Shown: positions 28,623-36,824 of the stretch, one piece after another
Layout: each line of letters begins with the position of its first letter
How positions within the stretch are numbered: position 1 is the first letter of the stretch
Assembly (NCBI GenBank): GCA_020342155.1
Contig: CP070842.1
Location: forward strand, 1,108,594 to 1,172,593
Direction of reading: 5' to 3'
Length of the DNA: 64,000 nt
Origin: Dehalococcoidales bacterium
GTDB lineage: Bacteria > Chloroflexota > Dehalococcoidia > Dehalococcoidales > Fen-1064
Notes under the pieces: generated by a model
Databases searched by the model: none
What the model was told of the DNA's origin: nothing
What the model saw: the letters and a program-made list of their open reading frames with translations, nothing else
Made by a program: the position numbers and the translations under genes

Positions 28623-29693
28623 ATGTCCAGTGGTGCAGCCATCGGACGTATCGGTATACTCTGGCGGGGTGATACAACAAAGCCACCTCCACCTCGCGAA
28701 GAGAACAGGTTAAGAGGCGTTTTCGACGCCTTGGAAGCCCGTCAAATCGTTGGGGAGCCGGTGGTGTATTCGGATGAAGCTGCTGATCAAGTGTACAAAC
28801 AGCTTATCGACTTGGACGGTGTACTCGTTTGGGTGGATCCGATTGTCAGAGGCCAAGACCGGTCACGGCTGGATGCCATACTACGGGACGTGGTGTCGCA
28901 GGGTGTGTGGGTAAGTGCCCATCCCGACATCATCATGACGATGGGCACAAAGGAAGTCCTCCACCGCACACGTGACCTAGGGTGGGGAACGGATACCCAC
29001 CTATATCACACTCCCGACGAGTTGACGGAGGGACTTTTCCGGCTTCTCCCGTCAGGCCCGAGGGTGGTGAAGCAGCATCGCGGTAACGGAGGTAATGGCA
29101 CGTGGAAGGTGGAGTTGATACGCAGTGCCTCCCCTATAAATGAAATCGCCGTGCGGGTACTTCACGCACTGCGCGGTAGCGTGATTGAGGAGATGCGGCT
29201 TGGTGACTTCGTCCAGCGTTGTCAGCCCTACTTCGACAATTCGGGCTGTTTAATCGACCAGCCGTTCATGGAACGTTTGGGAGATGGGATGATTCGCTGC
29301 TATCTTGTACAAGACAGAGTAGCCGGTTTCGGATTTCAGTTTGTCAAAGCGCTTTTAGCTCCGCCACCAGGGGTCAACCCTGAAGATGTGGAAGTCCCGC
29401 CGCGCCTGTACTACGGGCCGCAGAAACCCGAGTTTCAGGTGATAAAAGCCATACTTGAATCGGAGTGGATTCCCCAGATGCAGCGGTTGCTTGATATTGA
29501 CACAGAGTCGCTTCCGGCTATCTGGGATGCCGATTTCCTGTATGGGTTGAAGACCGCGACTGGCGAGGATACCTATGTACTGTGCGAGGTCAACGTTCAG
29601 TCGGTATACCCTTTCCCGGAGGAGGCATTGGAACCGTTGGCACAGGCTGCCATGGAGAGGATGGTCGTCGCCAAGAGTATACGCCAACGCTGA
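28623..29693 (+). CDS. ATP-grasp-like protein, unknown substrate
   Basis: VVKQHRGNGGNGTWKV and a late YVLCEVNV segment resemble ATP-grasp nucleotide-binding elements. The family assignment is tentative. Confidence 0.5.
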   Translation: MSSGAAIGRIGILWRGDTTKPPPPREENRLRGVFDALEARQIVGEPVVYSDEAADQVYKQLIDLDGVLVWVDPIVRGQDRSRLDAILRDVVSQGVWVSAHPDIIMTMGTKEVLHRTRDLGWGTDTHLYHTPDELTEGLFRLLPSGPRVVKQHRGNGGNGTWKVELIRSASPINEIAVRVLHALRGSVIEEMRLGDFVQRCQPYFDNSGCLIDQPFMERLGDGMIRCYLVQDRVAGFGFQFVKALLAPPPGVNPEDVEVPPRLYYGPQKPEFQVIKAILESEWIPQMQRLLDIDTESLPAIWDADFLYGLKTATGEDTYVLCEVNVQSVYPFPEEALEPLAQAAMERMVVAKSIRQR

Positions 29694-29743
29694 GAAAAGT
29701 CACAGGCGCTCGTACCTGATCAACCAATATAATATTGGGATTA

Positions 29744-29802
29744 AGATGCAACCTTCACTGGAGAGGGCACTGAGGCACAAGGAGATACTAGGGACGTAGG
29801 GC
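29744..29802 (+). repeat. cassette-junction repeat, copy 2
   Basis: The micro-ORF 29746-29799 encodes MQPSLERALRHKEILGT*. The hairpin is retained with a U-G pair (CCTTC...GAGGG). Confidence 0.75.
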
Positions 29803-29889
29803 TCCGGTTATATTCAACACCTCTTCCAGATAGTTGCCGTATAGTACTAAAGAAAGAAATATTATCTATAGATATCGGGAGCCTCAACA

Positions 29890-30675
29890 ATGGAGAATCG
29901 ACGAAATAATTCCCAACAAGCCTCCCACCCTGGAGGAGATACCCAGTTCTGGCAAGATGAGAGAGTGCAGAAGTACGACTACCAGCAGCAGCTTCTCTCT
30001 GAGAAAAAGGAAGATGTACAAGCAAATATCACCAGAATAGTAAATTACTTCTGTCAGTTGCATTCGATAGGTGAGCCCAAAATACTCGATGTTGGGTGCG
30101 GCCCGGGAACCCCGATGACCCTATCCTCATATATTCTAGATAGAGTTCCGCGAAGTATCTTGGTTGGAGTAGATTCGTCAGAACAGATGGTTGAAGCTGC
30201 TAAAGGAATCCTCGTACCGAAATATGGTAACAGGTTTTCAAGTTTTGTTAGTGACTTTAACTCCGACAGTTTCTGGATGCCAGAGATTGATAGCAAGTAT
30301 GACTTTATCGTATCGTCTGGCACACTTCACTACCTGTCAGATAAGAGAACACTTCCATTCATGAAGGAAATTTTCAATCATATCAAGGACAGGGGTGTAT
30401 TTGTTAGTTGTATGGGAAGCCACCCCACAATTCAAGAGATTGCTGAAATGGTACATCTCTTTCGTGTAGAGTTTACCTACAATCAGCTTGAAGAAGAGAA
30501 ACGCCCTAGGGAGTTCCCAGAGTTTAAGAAGATATTTGAAGAAACAGATAGAAAGGCAAATGTAAATTGGCGGAGCTCCAAAGATTGGTTAGGCGCTATA
30601 CAGAGTGCCGGATTCAGGAAAGTCGATATTGTCTGGCATCTGTGGGTAAGAAGCATCTATCTGGCGCTAGCCTGA
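29890..30675 (+). CDS. class I SAM-dependent methyltransferase
   Basis: It has motif I ILDVGCGPGTP and the post-I acidic motif VGVDSS. Confidence 0.8.
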   Translation: MENRRNNSQQASHPGGDTQFWQDERVQKYDYQQQLLSEKKEDVQANITRIVNYFCQLHSIGEPKILDVGCGPGTPMTLSSYILDRVPRSILVGVDSSEQMVEAAKGILVPKYGNRFSSFVSDFNSDSFWMPEIDSKYDFIVSSGTLHYLSDKRTLPFMKEIFNHIKDRGVFVSCMGSHPTIQEIAEMVHLFRVEFTYNQLEEEKRPREFPEFKKIFEETDRKANVNWRSSKDWLGAIQSAGFRKVDIVWHLWVRSIYLALA

Positions 30676-30682
30676 TATGTAG

Positions 30683-30765
30683 AACGAGTTCTGCGAGATG
30701 AAGATGCAGCCCTCGCTAGAGAGGGCACGGAGGCACAAGGAGATACTGGGGGCTTAGAAAGGTAC
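30683..30765 (+). repeat. cassette-junction repeat, copy 3, ending about 17 nt from the tRNA 3' end
   Basis: It encodes NEFCEMKMQPSLERARRHKEILGA* (micro-ORF 30704-30757) and contains the hairpin GCCCTC-gctaga-GAGGGC. Confidence 0.75.
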
Positions 30766-30781
30766 CACGAATTTAACAATT

Positions 30782-30858
30782 TGGTACCCCTGGTGCGACT
30801 CGAACGCACGACACACGGTTTAGGAAACCGTTGCTCTATCCTACTGAGCTACAGGGGC
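30782..30858 (-). tRNA. tRNA-Arg (anticodon CCT), CCA encoded
   Basis: The reverse complement folds by hand as a 77-nt cloverleaf. Its parts are acceptor GCCCCTG/CAGGGGT, D-arm GCTC-AGTAGGATA-GAGC, anticodon arm ACGGT-TTCCTAA-ACCGT, T-arm GTGCG-TTCGAGT-CGCAC, and A-CCA. Confidence 0.9.
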
Positions 30859-30865
30859 TTGCAGG

Positions 30866-30940
30866 CTCACCGCACAGGTGATTATAGCACGTTCTTTCCT
30901 TGTCAGTCACCACCGTTGTTGCTATACTAAACTTCACCCC
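30866..30940. repeat. block upstream of tRNA-Arg (partner at 12841-12914)
   Basis: See the partner feature. In this copy the block starts 7 nt from the tRNA 5' end. In the decayed copy, 55 nt intervene. Confidence 0.8.
30900..30928 (+). promoter_or_regulatory. sigma70-like promoter TTGTCA-17-TATACT facing the TolB-like gene
   Basis: Read directly. It is a duplicate of 12875-12903. Confidence 0.45.
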
Positions 30941-31045
30941 GAGTATGCCGCGCGTCTTCCTCATCAATTGCGAACAGAAGGTATCCGTGCGAGGGGAAGG
31001 GAAGACAGATATAGTCTGGCAATCGGTTATTGCCGAACTGAAATA

Positions 31046-32254
31046 ATGAAAATTATTAGAAATACACTGCTCGCGCTCCTGGTTTTAATAATTCTTATCG
31101 GCGGTTGTGTGCCGCAGGAGGACCCGGACACACCCCCAACAGGAGAGAAACAGCCACCACCGGAAATCCCAGAGGGCATTCTGTACAAAGAGTTTCCCGA
31201 AAGCGCCGATATCATCTTCACTTCGATAAGACACGTACTCAGTGACATCGACTGCCTGGACGACAACTATGACTTAAAAGAGAATTTCATCAATGACCCC
31301 GAATGTAACCGGAAGATTTATGCCCCTGATGGCGGGCTGGCTTCACCCCGGCAGCTTTTTGTCATTGACCTGGAAACCGGCCAGGTTATTCAGTTAACCA
31401 ACAACGATTGTTTCTTCATCACCGCTCAGGTGGTGAACGTCACCACCATCATGGCCCTGGCTGCCTGCTCGGACACGGACGGTAACGGCCTGATTAACGA
31501 ACAGGACGAGACGGAGCTCTACCTGCTGGACCTGACGGTTGGAGAGATGGGCTGTCTTACAGACGACCTGGAGCTAGCGGCCATAAACAACCCTGACTAC
31601 TCCCCGGTACATGATAAGATTGTTTTCTCGGCACAGCAGAACGGAATATTCCATAACTATCTTTTTACCATAGACGCGGACAAAGAGCTGGTACAGATAA
31701 CCGATGATGATGACTATATGGACTTTGATTGTGCCTGGTCGGAGGACGGCAGCAAAATTGTCTTCAACCGGTTACCTCTACCGCTATTCTCCAAGCCTTC
31801 GCAGGTGTGGCTGATGGATGCGGGTGGAACCGACGCTGAAAAGATAACCGACGGTGGGCCTGATACGAACCTCGAGAGTACTCACGGGCAGTATCCAATC
31901 GGCACCGATGCCGACCCAGACTTAAGCCCGGATAACAGGCAAATCGTTTTTTCCAGATTGAAAACGGGAGGGCAGAATGAACCTATTGGTGTCTGGGAAC
32001 TTGTCATCGTCGATATCGATACCAAAATAGAAACAGTCCTGGATTCTCAATACGCCAACATGATACCGGAATGGAAATCCGGGGGCATCCTGTTTATCCG
32101 GCAGCAGGGCGTAGCCGATTATATCTCCAATCCTCTGGAAATAAAGCAGAGCCTGTATCAGTATAAGGACGGACAATTCACGGAACTGGAAGAGTATCCT
32201 TATAACGTATTCCCGATTGGAGCCTACGGCGGAAGCTGGATAGATATTGAATGA
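31046..32254 (+). CDS. TolB-like beta-propeller lipoprotein
   Basis: It has a lipoprotein signal MKIIRNTLLALLVLIILIGGC. PD40/WD40-like repeats follow (DYSPVHDKIVFS, AWSEDGSKIVFNR, DLSPDNRQIVFSR). The 56 upstream codons in the ORF track overlap the promoter block and were dropped. Confidence 0.65.
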   Translation: MKIIRNTLLALLVLIILIGGCVPQEDPDTPPTGEKQPPPEIPEGILYKEFPESADIIFTSIRHVLSDIDCLDDNYDLKENFINDPECNRKIYAPDGGLASPRQLFVIDLETGQVIQLTNNDCFFITAQVVNVTTIMALAACSDTDGNGLINEQDETELYLLDLTVGEMGCLTDDLELAAINNPDYSPVHDKIVFSAQQNGIFHNYLFTIDADKELVQITDDDDYMDFDCAWSEDGSKIVFNRLPLPLFSKPSQVWLMDAGGTDAEKITDGGPDTNLESTHGQYPIGTDADPDLSPDNRQIVFSRLKTGGQNEPIGVWELVIVDIDTKIETVLDSQYANMIPEWKSGGILFIRQQGVADYISNPLEIKQSLYQYKDGQFTELEEYPYNVFPIGAYGGSWIDIE

Positions 32255-32317
32255 AAAGCAGGTAACCAATTAGCAGGGATAGAATGCATGGTGTCACATA
32301 GATAAGGGGGAATAAAA

Positions 32318-33868
32318 ATGGTATGGCAACCAGAGATTGACGAATTAAAATACCGAAAGGAACTCGCCGCCCAGATGGGTGGCCCGGAGGGCATCGAGCG
32401 GCAGCGTAAACGGGGCAAGCTTACTGTCCGGGAACGAATCGAGACAGTGGCCGACCCCGGTTCTTTTCAGGAAATAGGTGGCCTGGCTGGTGCCGCCAAG
32501 TATGAGGATGACAAGCTGGCCTCCTTCACCCCGGCCAACTCGGTGCTGGGTCTCTGTACCATCAACGGACGTAAGGTAGTGCTCAGTGGAGGCGACTTTA
32601 CTGTCCGTGGCGGTGCTTCCGATGCTGCCATCGGCGACAAGCGAGGCCGTGCTCAAAAAATGGCCGCAGAGTGGAAATTGCCCTTCGTCCGTCTCCTCGA
32701 TGCTACCGGGGGCAGTGTCCGCACCTTTGAACAGATAGGGCGTACCTACATACCCATCAATCCGGGCACCTATGGCATCCAGCGAGTCCTGTGCCAGGTA
32801 CCGGTCGTCTCGACAGTGCTAGGCTCAGTTGCCGGACTCCCGGCCGTCGAGGCCTGTCTCTCCCATTTCAGTGTAATGGTCAAGGGTATCAGCCAGGTCT
32901 TTCCCGGCGGCCCGCCCGTAGTTAAAGCTGCTCTGGGGTACGATATCACCAAAGAAGAGCTCGGTGACGAGCGGACACAGGCCACCAGCGGGGTGATTGA
33001 CAATGTAGCCGAGACCGAGCAAGAGGCCTTCGACATGGTCCGGTGCTTTCTCAGCTACATGCCGCAAAATGTCTGGGAGTTGCCACCCCGCACCGAGCCG
33101 ACCGATGACCCCAACCGCCGTGATGAGGAATTGCTCTCTATTATTCCACGAAACCGCAGACGAGGCTACGACCCCCGTGCCGTACTAGAGCATGTCCTCG
33201 ACCACGACTCCTTCTTTGAGATAGGTCAGTTCTCAGGACTCTCCCGGCTCACCGGACTGGCACGGGTCAACGGTTACCCGGTAGGCGTGATGATAAACAA
33301 TCCTATGTTCCTCGGTGGCTCGATGGACGTTTCCGCCGGGCTGAAGGTGATTCGTTTCATGCAACTGTGCGACACCTTCCACCTGCCCATGGTCTACTTC
33401 GCTGACGAGCCGGGGTTTCTGGTCGGCATCGAATCACAGAAACAGGGTATCGTTCGCGCCGGAGCCAAAATGGTCTGTGCCACCTACCAGACTAGAATGC
33501 CCTGGATAACGTTCGTTATCCGCCAGATATACGGTGTTGCCGGCCAGTGCCACGACCGGCCTGACGGGATGTTCAAACGCATGGCCTGGCCTTCAGCCAA
33601 CTGGGGCTCGATGCATATCGAGGGCGGCGCCACCGCCGCTTACCGACGAGAGATCGACAGCGCCCCTGACCCGGAGGCAAAGCGTCAGGAGATTGAGCGT
33701 AGACTCCAGGCTTTAGCCTCACCGTTCCGTACCGCCGAGGCATTCAACATCGAGGATATTATTGATCCGCGTGATTCGCGCCCGATATTGTGCGATTTTA
33801 TCGAGATGGCACAGGCGGAACTGAAGACCCAGCTCGGACCCACCAGCGGTCCGAGCTTCATGCCCTAG
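32318..33868 (+). CDS. acyl-CoA carboxylase carboxyltransferase (beta) subunit
   Basis: It is 516 aa with typical propionyl/methylmalonyl-CoA carboxyltransferase patterns (RERIE.L.DPGSF.E, GGDFTVRGGA, ADEPGFLVG). The RBS is AAGGGGGA. Confidence 0.85.
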   Translation: MVWQPEIDELKYRKELAAQMGGPEGIERQRKRGKLTVRERIETVADPGSFQEIGGLAGAAKYEDDKLASFTPANSVLGLCTINGRKVVLSGGDFTVRGGASDAAIGDKRGRAQKMAAEWKLPFVRLLDATGGSVRTFEQIGRTYIPINPGTYGIQRVLCQVPVVSTVLGSVAGLPAVEACLSHFSVMVKGISQVFPGGPPVVKAALGYDITKEELGDERTQATSGVIDNVAETEQEAFDMVRCFLSYMPQNVWELPPRTEPTDDPNRRDEELLSIIPRNRRRGYDPRAVLEHVLDHDSFFEIGQFSGLSRLTGLARVNGYPVGVMINNPMFLGGSMDVSAGLKVIRFMQLCDTFHLPMVYFADEPGFLVGIESQKQGIVRAGAKMVCATYQTRMPWITFVIRQIYGVAGQCHDRPDGMFKRMAWPSANWGSMHIEGGATAAYRREIDSAPDPEAKRQEIERRLQALASPFRTAEAFNIEDIIDPRDSRPILCDFIEMAQAELKTQLGPTSGPSFMP

Positions 33869-33912
33869 TCAGGTTATCACTACTAAAAAAAATAGAAGGA
33901 GGAATTTCAACA

Positions 33913-34200
33913 ATGATAGTTCTCATAGCACAACTAAACGTTGCCGAGGGTAATGGCAACGATGTCATCGAAGCATTCAGTAAGGTCGTACCCCTGATAC
34001 GGCAGGACCCGAGAACGGTCGCCTACAATATCCTCCAGGCGGCGGACAACCCAGACAAGATAACCGTCTACGAAAAGTACGAGGACCGTGAAACTCTTCA
34101 ATATCATGGACAGACGGAGCATTTTAAAGAGTTCGGCCGGAGTACCCGTGATTTATTCGCAGGGCGTGCTGAAATCACGCTATATGAAGAGATCGTCTGA
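33913..34200 (+). CDS. antibiotic-biosynthesis-monooxygenase (ABM) domain protein
   Basis: An internal ATG follows AAGGAGGA. It is 95 aa with the YEKYEDRETLQYHGQTEHFKEF pattern. Confidence 0.7.
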   Translation: MIVLIAQLNVAEGNGNDVIEAFSKVVPLIRQDPRTVAYNILQAADNPDKITVYEKYEDRETLQYHGQTEHFKEFGRSTRDLFAGRAEITLYEEIV

Positions 34201-34256
34201 GAACAGGATATACTATAACCAATAATTAAGTGTTTATCATCTCAGGAGGTAATAAC

Positions 34257-34535
34257 GTGACTGAGAGAAGAATTGGATTTAGAGTAGTTGGTACCATAAA
34301 AGCAGTCAAAGGGACCTGCAATGCCGGGCATAAAGTCGGCGACACAATAGAGCTCAGCGCCCATAACACCGGCGGCTTATGTGGATTCTTGTATCATGAT
34401 GTCTTTCCTTACATCGTAATGCTTCAATTTGGTGGCGCCTTCCCGCCAGAGTGGGGAGACCCGGATAGGGTGGAGCTGGACTGCATGGACAAGTGGAGCC
34501 TGGTCACTATAGAGTTACGCCGTATTAAAGAATAA
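34257..34535 (+). CDS. TIGR04076-family protein
   Basis: The GTG start follows AGGAGGT. The patterns GTCNAGHKVGD...GGLCGFLYHDVFPYIVMLQFGG are as recalled for this family. Confidence 0.65.
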   Translation: MTERRIGFRVVGTIKAVKGTCNAGHKVGDTIELSAHNTGGLCGFLYHDVFPYIVMLQFGGAFPPEWGDPDRVELDCMDKWSLVTIELRRIKE

Positions 34536-34612
34536 AACCGCCATCGTATCCTCATAGCAATCTATCGTCCCGCCTTGTATAATGATGTGGAAAAATCACA
34601 GGAGTACGTAAC

Positions 34613-35578
34613 TTGGAAGACATGACTGTCGGTCGGATACAGGAGATAGGGGCCAGGGTCAAGGAGAATGTCGAGAGGGTAATCGTTGGTAAGGGCGAGG
34701 TTGTTGAGCTGGCGATAGTAACACTGCTCTGTGAAGGGCACCTTCTCCTCGAAGATGTGCCTGGCATCGGCAAGACGATGCTGGCCAAGTCGGTCGCCCG
34801 GTCACTCGGTTGCAGCTTCCGGCGTATCCAGTGCACCCCTGACCTGCTTCCCTCCGATGTTACCGGGACATATATCTACAACCAGAAAACAGCGGACTTC
34901 GAGTACCGGCCGGGACCAATTATGGCCCAGGTTATCCTAGTCGACGAAATAAATCGGGCGACCCCACGCACCCAGTCCGCCCTGCTCGAAGCGATGCAGG
35001 AACTCCAGGTCACCGCCGAGGGCGAGACCAGGCCACTGCCACGGCCTTTCATGCTGCTGGCTACCCAGAACCCGATAGAGCTCGAGGGTACCTTCCCTCT
35101 GCCCGAGGCCCAGCTCGACCGCTTTCTCCTCAAGGTCAGCATCGGCTACCCATCAGCCGAAGATGACCGGCTTATCCTGTCCCGCTTTCGAGGGGCCGAC
35201 CCGCTGGAGGAACTGACACCGGTGGTCTCCTCCGAAGAGCTCCTCCAGATACAGTCGGATTGCCACATGGTCCACGTCGCCGATGACGTGGAAGACTATG
35301 TTATACGCCTTATCCATGCCACCAGGGAGCATGAGTCGCTCCAACTCGGAGCCAGCCCGCGGGCGATGCTGGCGCTGTACCGGACAGCCCAGGCTCTGGC
35401 AGCGCTTAGAGGGAGATCGTTCGTCGTCCCGGATGACGTCAAGTACCTCACCCCCTTCGTCCTGATCCACCGGATTATTCCCCGAGCCGAGAGCCACCTA
35501 CGCGGCCACACCGTTGAGGAGGCGCTGAGAGAAGTTATCGACTCAGTACCGGTACCTGTCGAAGAAGAAGTCAGCTGA
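34613..35578 (+). CDS. MoxR-family AAA+ ATPase
   Basis: It has Walker A GHLLLEDVPGIGKT, Walker B ILVDEINRA and ATQNPIE.EGT.PLPEAQLDRF. Confidence 0.9.
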   Translation: MEDMTVGRIQEIGARVKENVERVIVGKGEVVELAIVTLLCEGHLLLEDVPGIGKTMLAKSVARSLGCSFRRIQCTPDLLPSDVTGTYIYNQKTADFEYRPGPIMAQVILVDEINRATPRTQSALLEAMQELQVTAEGETRPLPRPFMLLATQNPIELEGTFPLPEAQLDRFLLKVSIGYPSAEDDRLILSRFRGADPLEELTPVVSSEELLQIQSDCHMVHVADDVEDYVIRLIHATREHESLQLGASPRAMLALYRTAQALAALRGRSFVVPDDVKYLTPFVLIHRIIPRAESHLRGHTVEEALREVIDSVPVPVEEEVS

Positions 35579-35591
35579 GGAAGGGTGAGGA

Positions 35592-36824
35592 ATGCGAGGC
35601 AGTTACTGGCCGTGGCTAGGTGGAGGCCTTTTTCTCATCGGCGTAATTCTGAACCAGATACCACTAATGCTGGTGGCGCTGTTGCTCTTTCTGGTGTGGG
35701 GTGCTACCCGACTTTGGGAACGCTATGCCCTGATACGAATTGAGTACCACCGCCATCTCAGTGCCAGGCGCGCCTTCTTCGGAGAGGAGTTACTGCTAGA
35801 ACTGGAGGTAGCCAACCGGAAGCTCCTGCCACTACCCTGGGTAGAAATCGATGACGAGATGCCGGAGGAAATAACCTTCCTCAAAGGCAAGACAAGCTCG
35901 TCACACAAGACTGCTCGCGTACACCTGACCAGTCTCCTTTCCCTTAGCTGGTACCACCGCGTGACACGACGCTACCCGATATACTGCGACCAGCGGGGCT
36001 ATTTCACCTTCGGGCCAGCACGTATTCGCTCTGGCGACCTGTTCGGTTTCTCCAGGCAAGAGATTGAGGTTACCGACATCAACCGTCTCATCGTCTATCC
36101 CAAGATGGTACCGCTGGAGCAACCGGGCATACCCTCAAAGCAACCACTCGGCGACATTCTCGTTAAAAGGTATATCTTCCAGGACCCGATTCTCACCATG
36201 GGCGTCCGGGACTATCATTTCGGTGACAGCCTGAAGCGGATACACTGGAAGACCACCGCCCGCCTTGGGAAGTTACAGACCAAAGTCTACGAGCCGACCA
36301 CCTCGGTAGATATGGGTATTTTCTTTGATGTCCGTACCGTAAAACCACCTATGTGGGGAACGATATCACAGCGCCTCGAACTGGGTGTTATGGCAGCAGC
36401 ATCAATCGCCAATCATGCTATGACCGCCGGTTACCGCGTGGGCTTGTATGCTAATCAGCGGCGACAACCCATCGGCGAGTCGGTGAGGATACCTCCCAGC
36501 CAGCACACCGAGCAGATGGTGAATATACTCGAAGCACTGGCCCAGATTCACTCGGCGGCTGAGTCCATGCCAATATCGCGGTTCATCTCATTGGAAAGCC
36601 GGAACCTGCCGTGGGGAAGTACCCTGGTACTGATAACCGCCATGCCGACAGAGACCCTGCTGGCTACCCTGCACAGGATGAAGCGGGCTGGACGTCGGGT
36701 GGCACTGGTTATTATAGGCGGGCCAGAAACACCCAGTCTAGATGGCCTGCCTACGTACCGTATTTCTGATGACGTACCCTGGCGTGAAGTGGAAACACTG
36801 ATCTTGCAGAGGGCGATACAATGA
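35592..36824 (+). CDS. DUF58-domain protein (vWA-like MoxR partner)
   Basis: It has two N-terminal TM helices and the RDYHFGDSLKRIHWKTTAR motif. Confidence 0.8.
   Translation: MRGSYWPWLGGGLFLIGVILNQIPLMLVALLLFLVWGATRLWERYALIRIEYHRHLSARRAFFGEELLLELEVANRKLLPLPWVEIDDEMPEEITFLKGKTSSSHKTARVHLTSLLSLSWYHRVTRRYPIYCDQRGYFTFGPARIRSGDLFGFSRQEIEVTDINRLIVYPKMVPLEQPGIPSKQPLGDILVKRYIFQDPILTMGVRDYHFGDSLKRIHWKTTARLGKLQTKVYEPTTSVDMGIFFDVRTVKPPMWGTISQRLELGVMAAASIANHAMTAGYRVGLYANQRRQPIGESVRIPPSQHTEQMVNILEALAQIHSAAESMPISRFISLESRNLPWGSTLVLITAMPTETLLATLHRMKRAGRRVALVIIGGPETPSLDGLPTYRISDDVPWREVETLILQRAIQ

Noticed and set aside
28459-29693. The micro-ORFs as RiPP precursors matured by the adjacent ATP-grasp-like enzyme (graspetide-type).
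   Set aside because: The peptides are only 17-19 aa with no leader/core organisation. They have weak or absent Shine-Dalgarno sequences. One copy sits beside the tRNA with no enzyme. I keep this only as a minor alternative inside the main finding.
27513-30765. The cassette-junction repeats as integron attC sites (promoterless cassettes in one orientation separated by imperfect palindromes).
   Set aside because: I could not find the paired RYYYAAC / GTTRRRY core sites bounding the elements. The only GTTAGGC matches lie upstream of copy 0. No intI-like gene is nearby. At least one cassette has its own TTGACA-17-TACCAT promoter. The third-codon-position variation pattern points to coding sequence rather than attC structure.
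30878-31045. The N-terminal extension of the TolB-like ORF starting at 30878.
   Set aside because: The extension overlaps the duplicated tRNA-upstream/promoter block and encodes a Cys/Arg-rich non-signal sequence. A clean lipoprotein signal peptide starts at the ATG at 31046.
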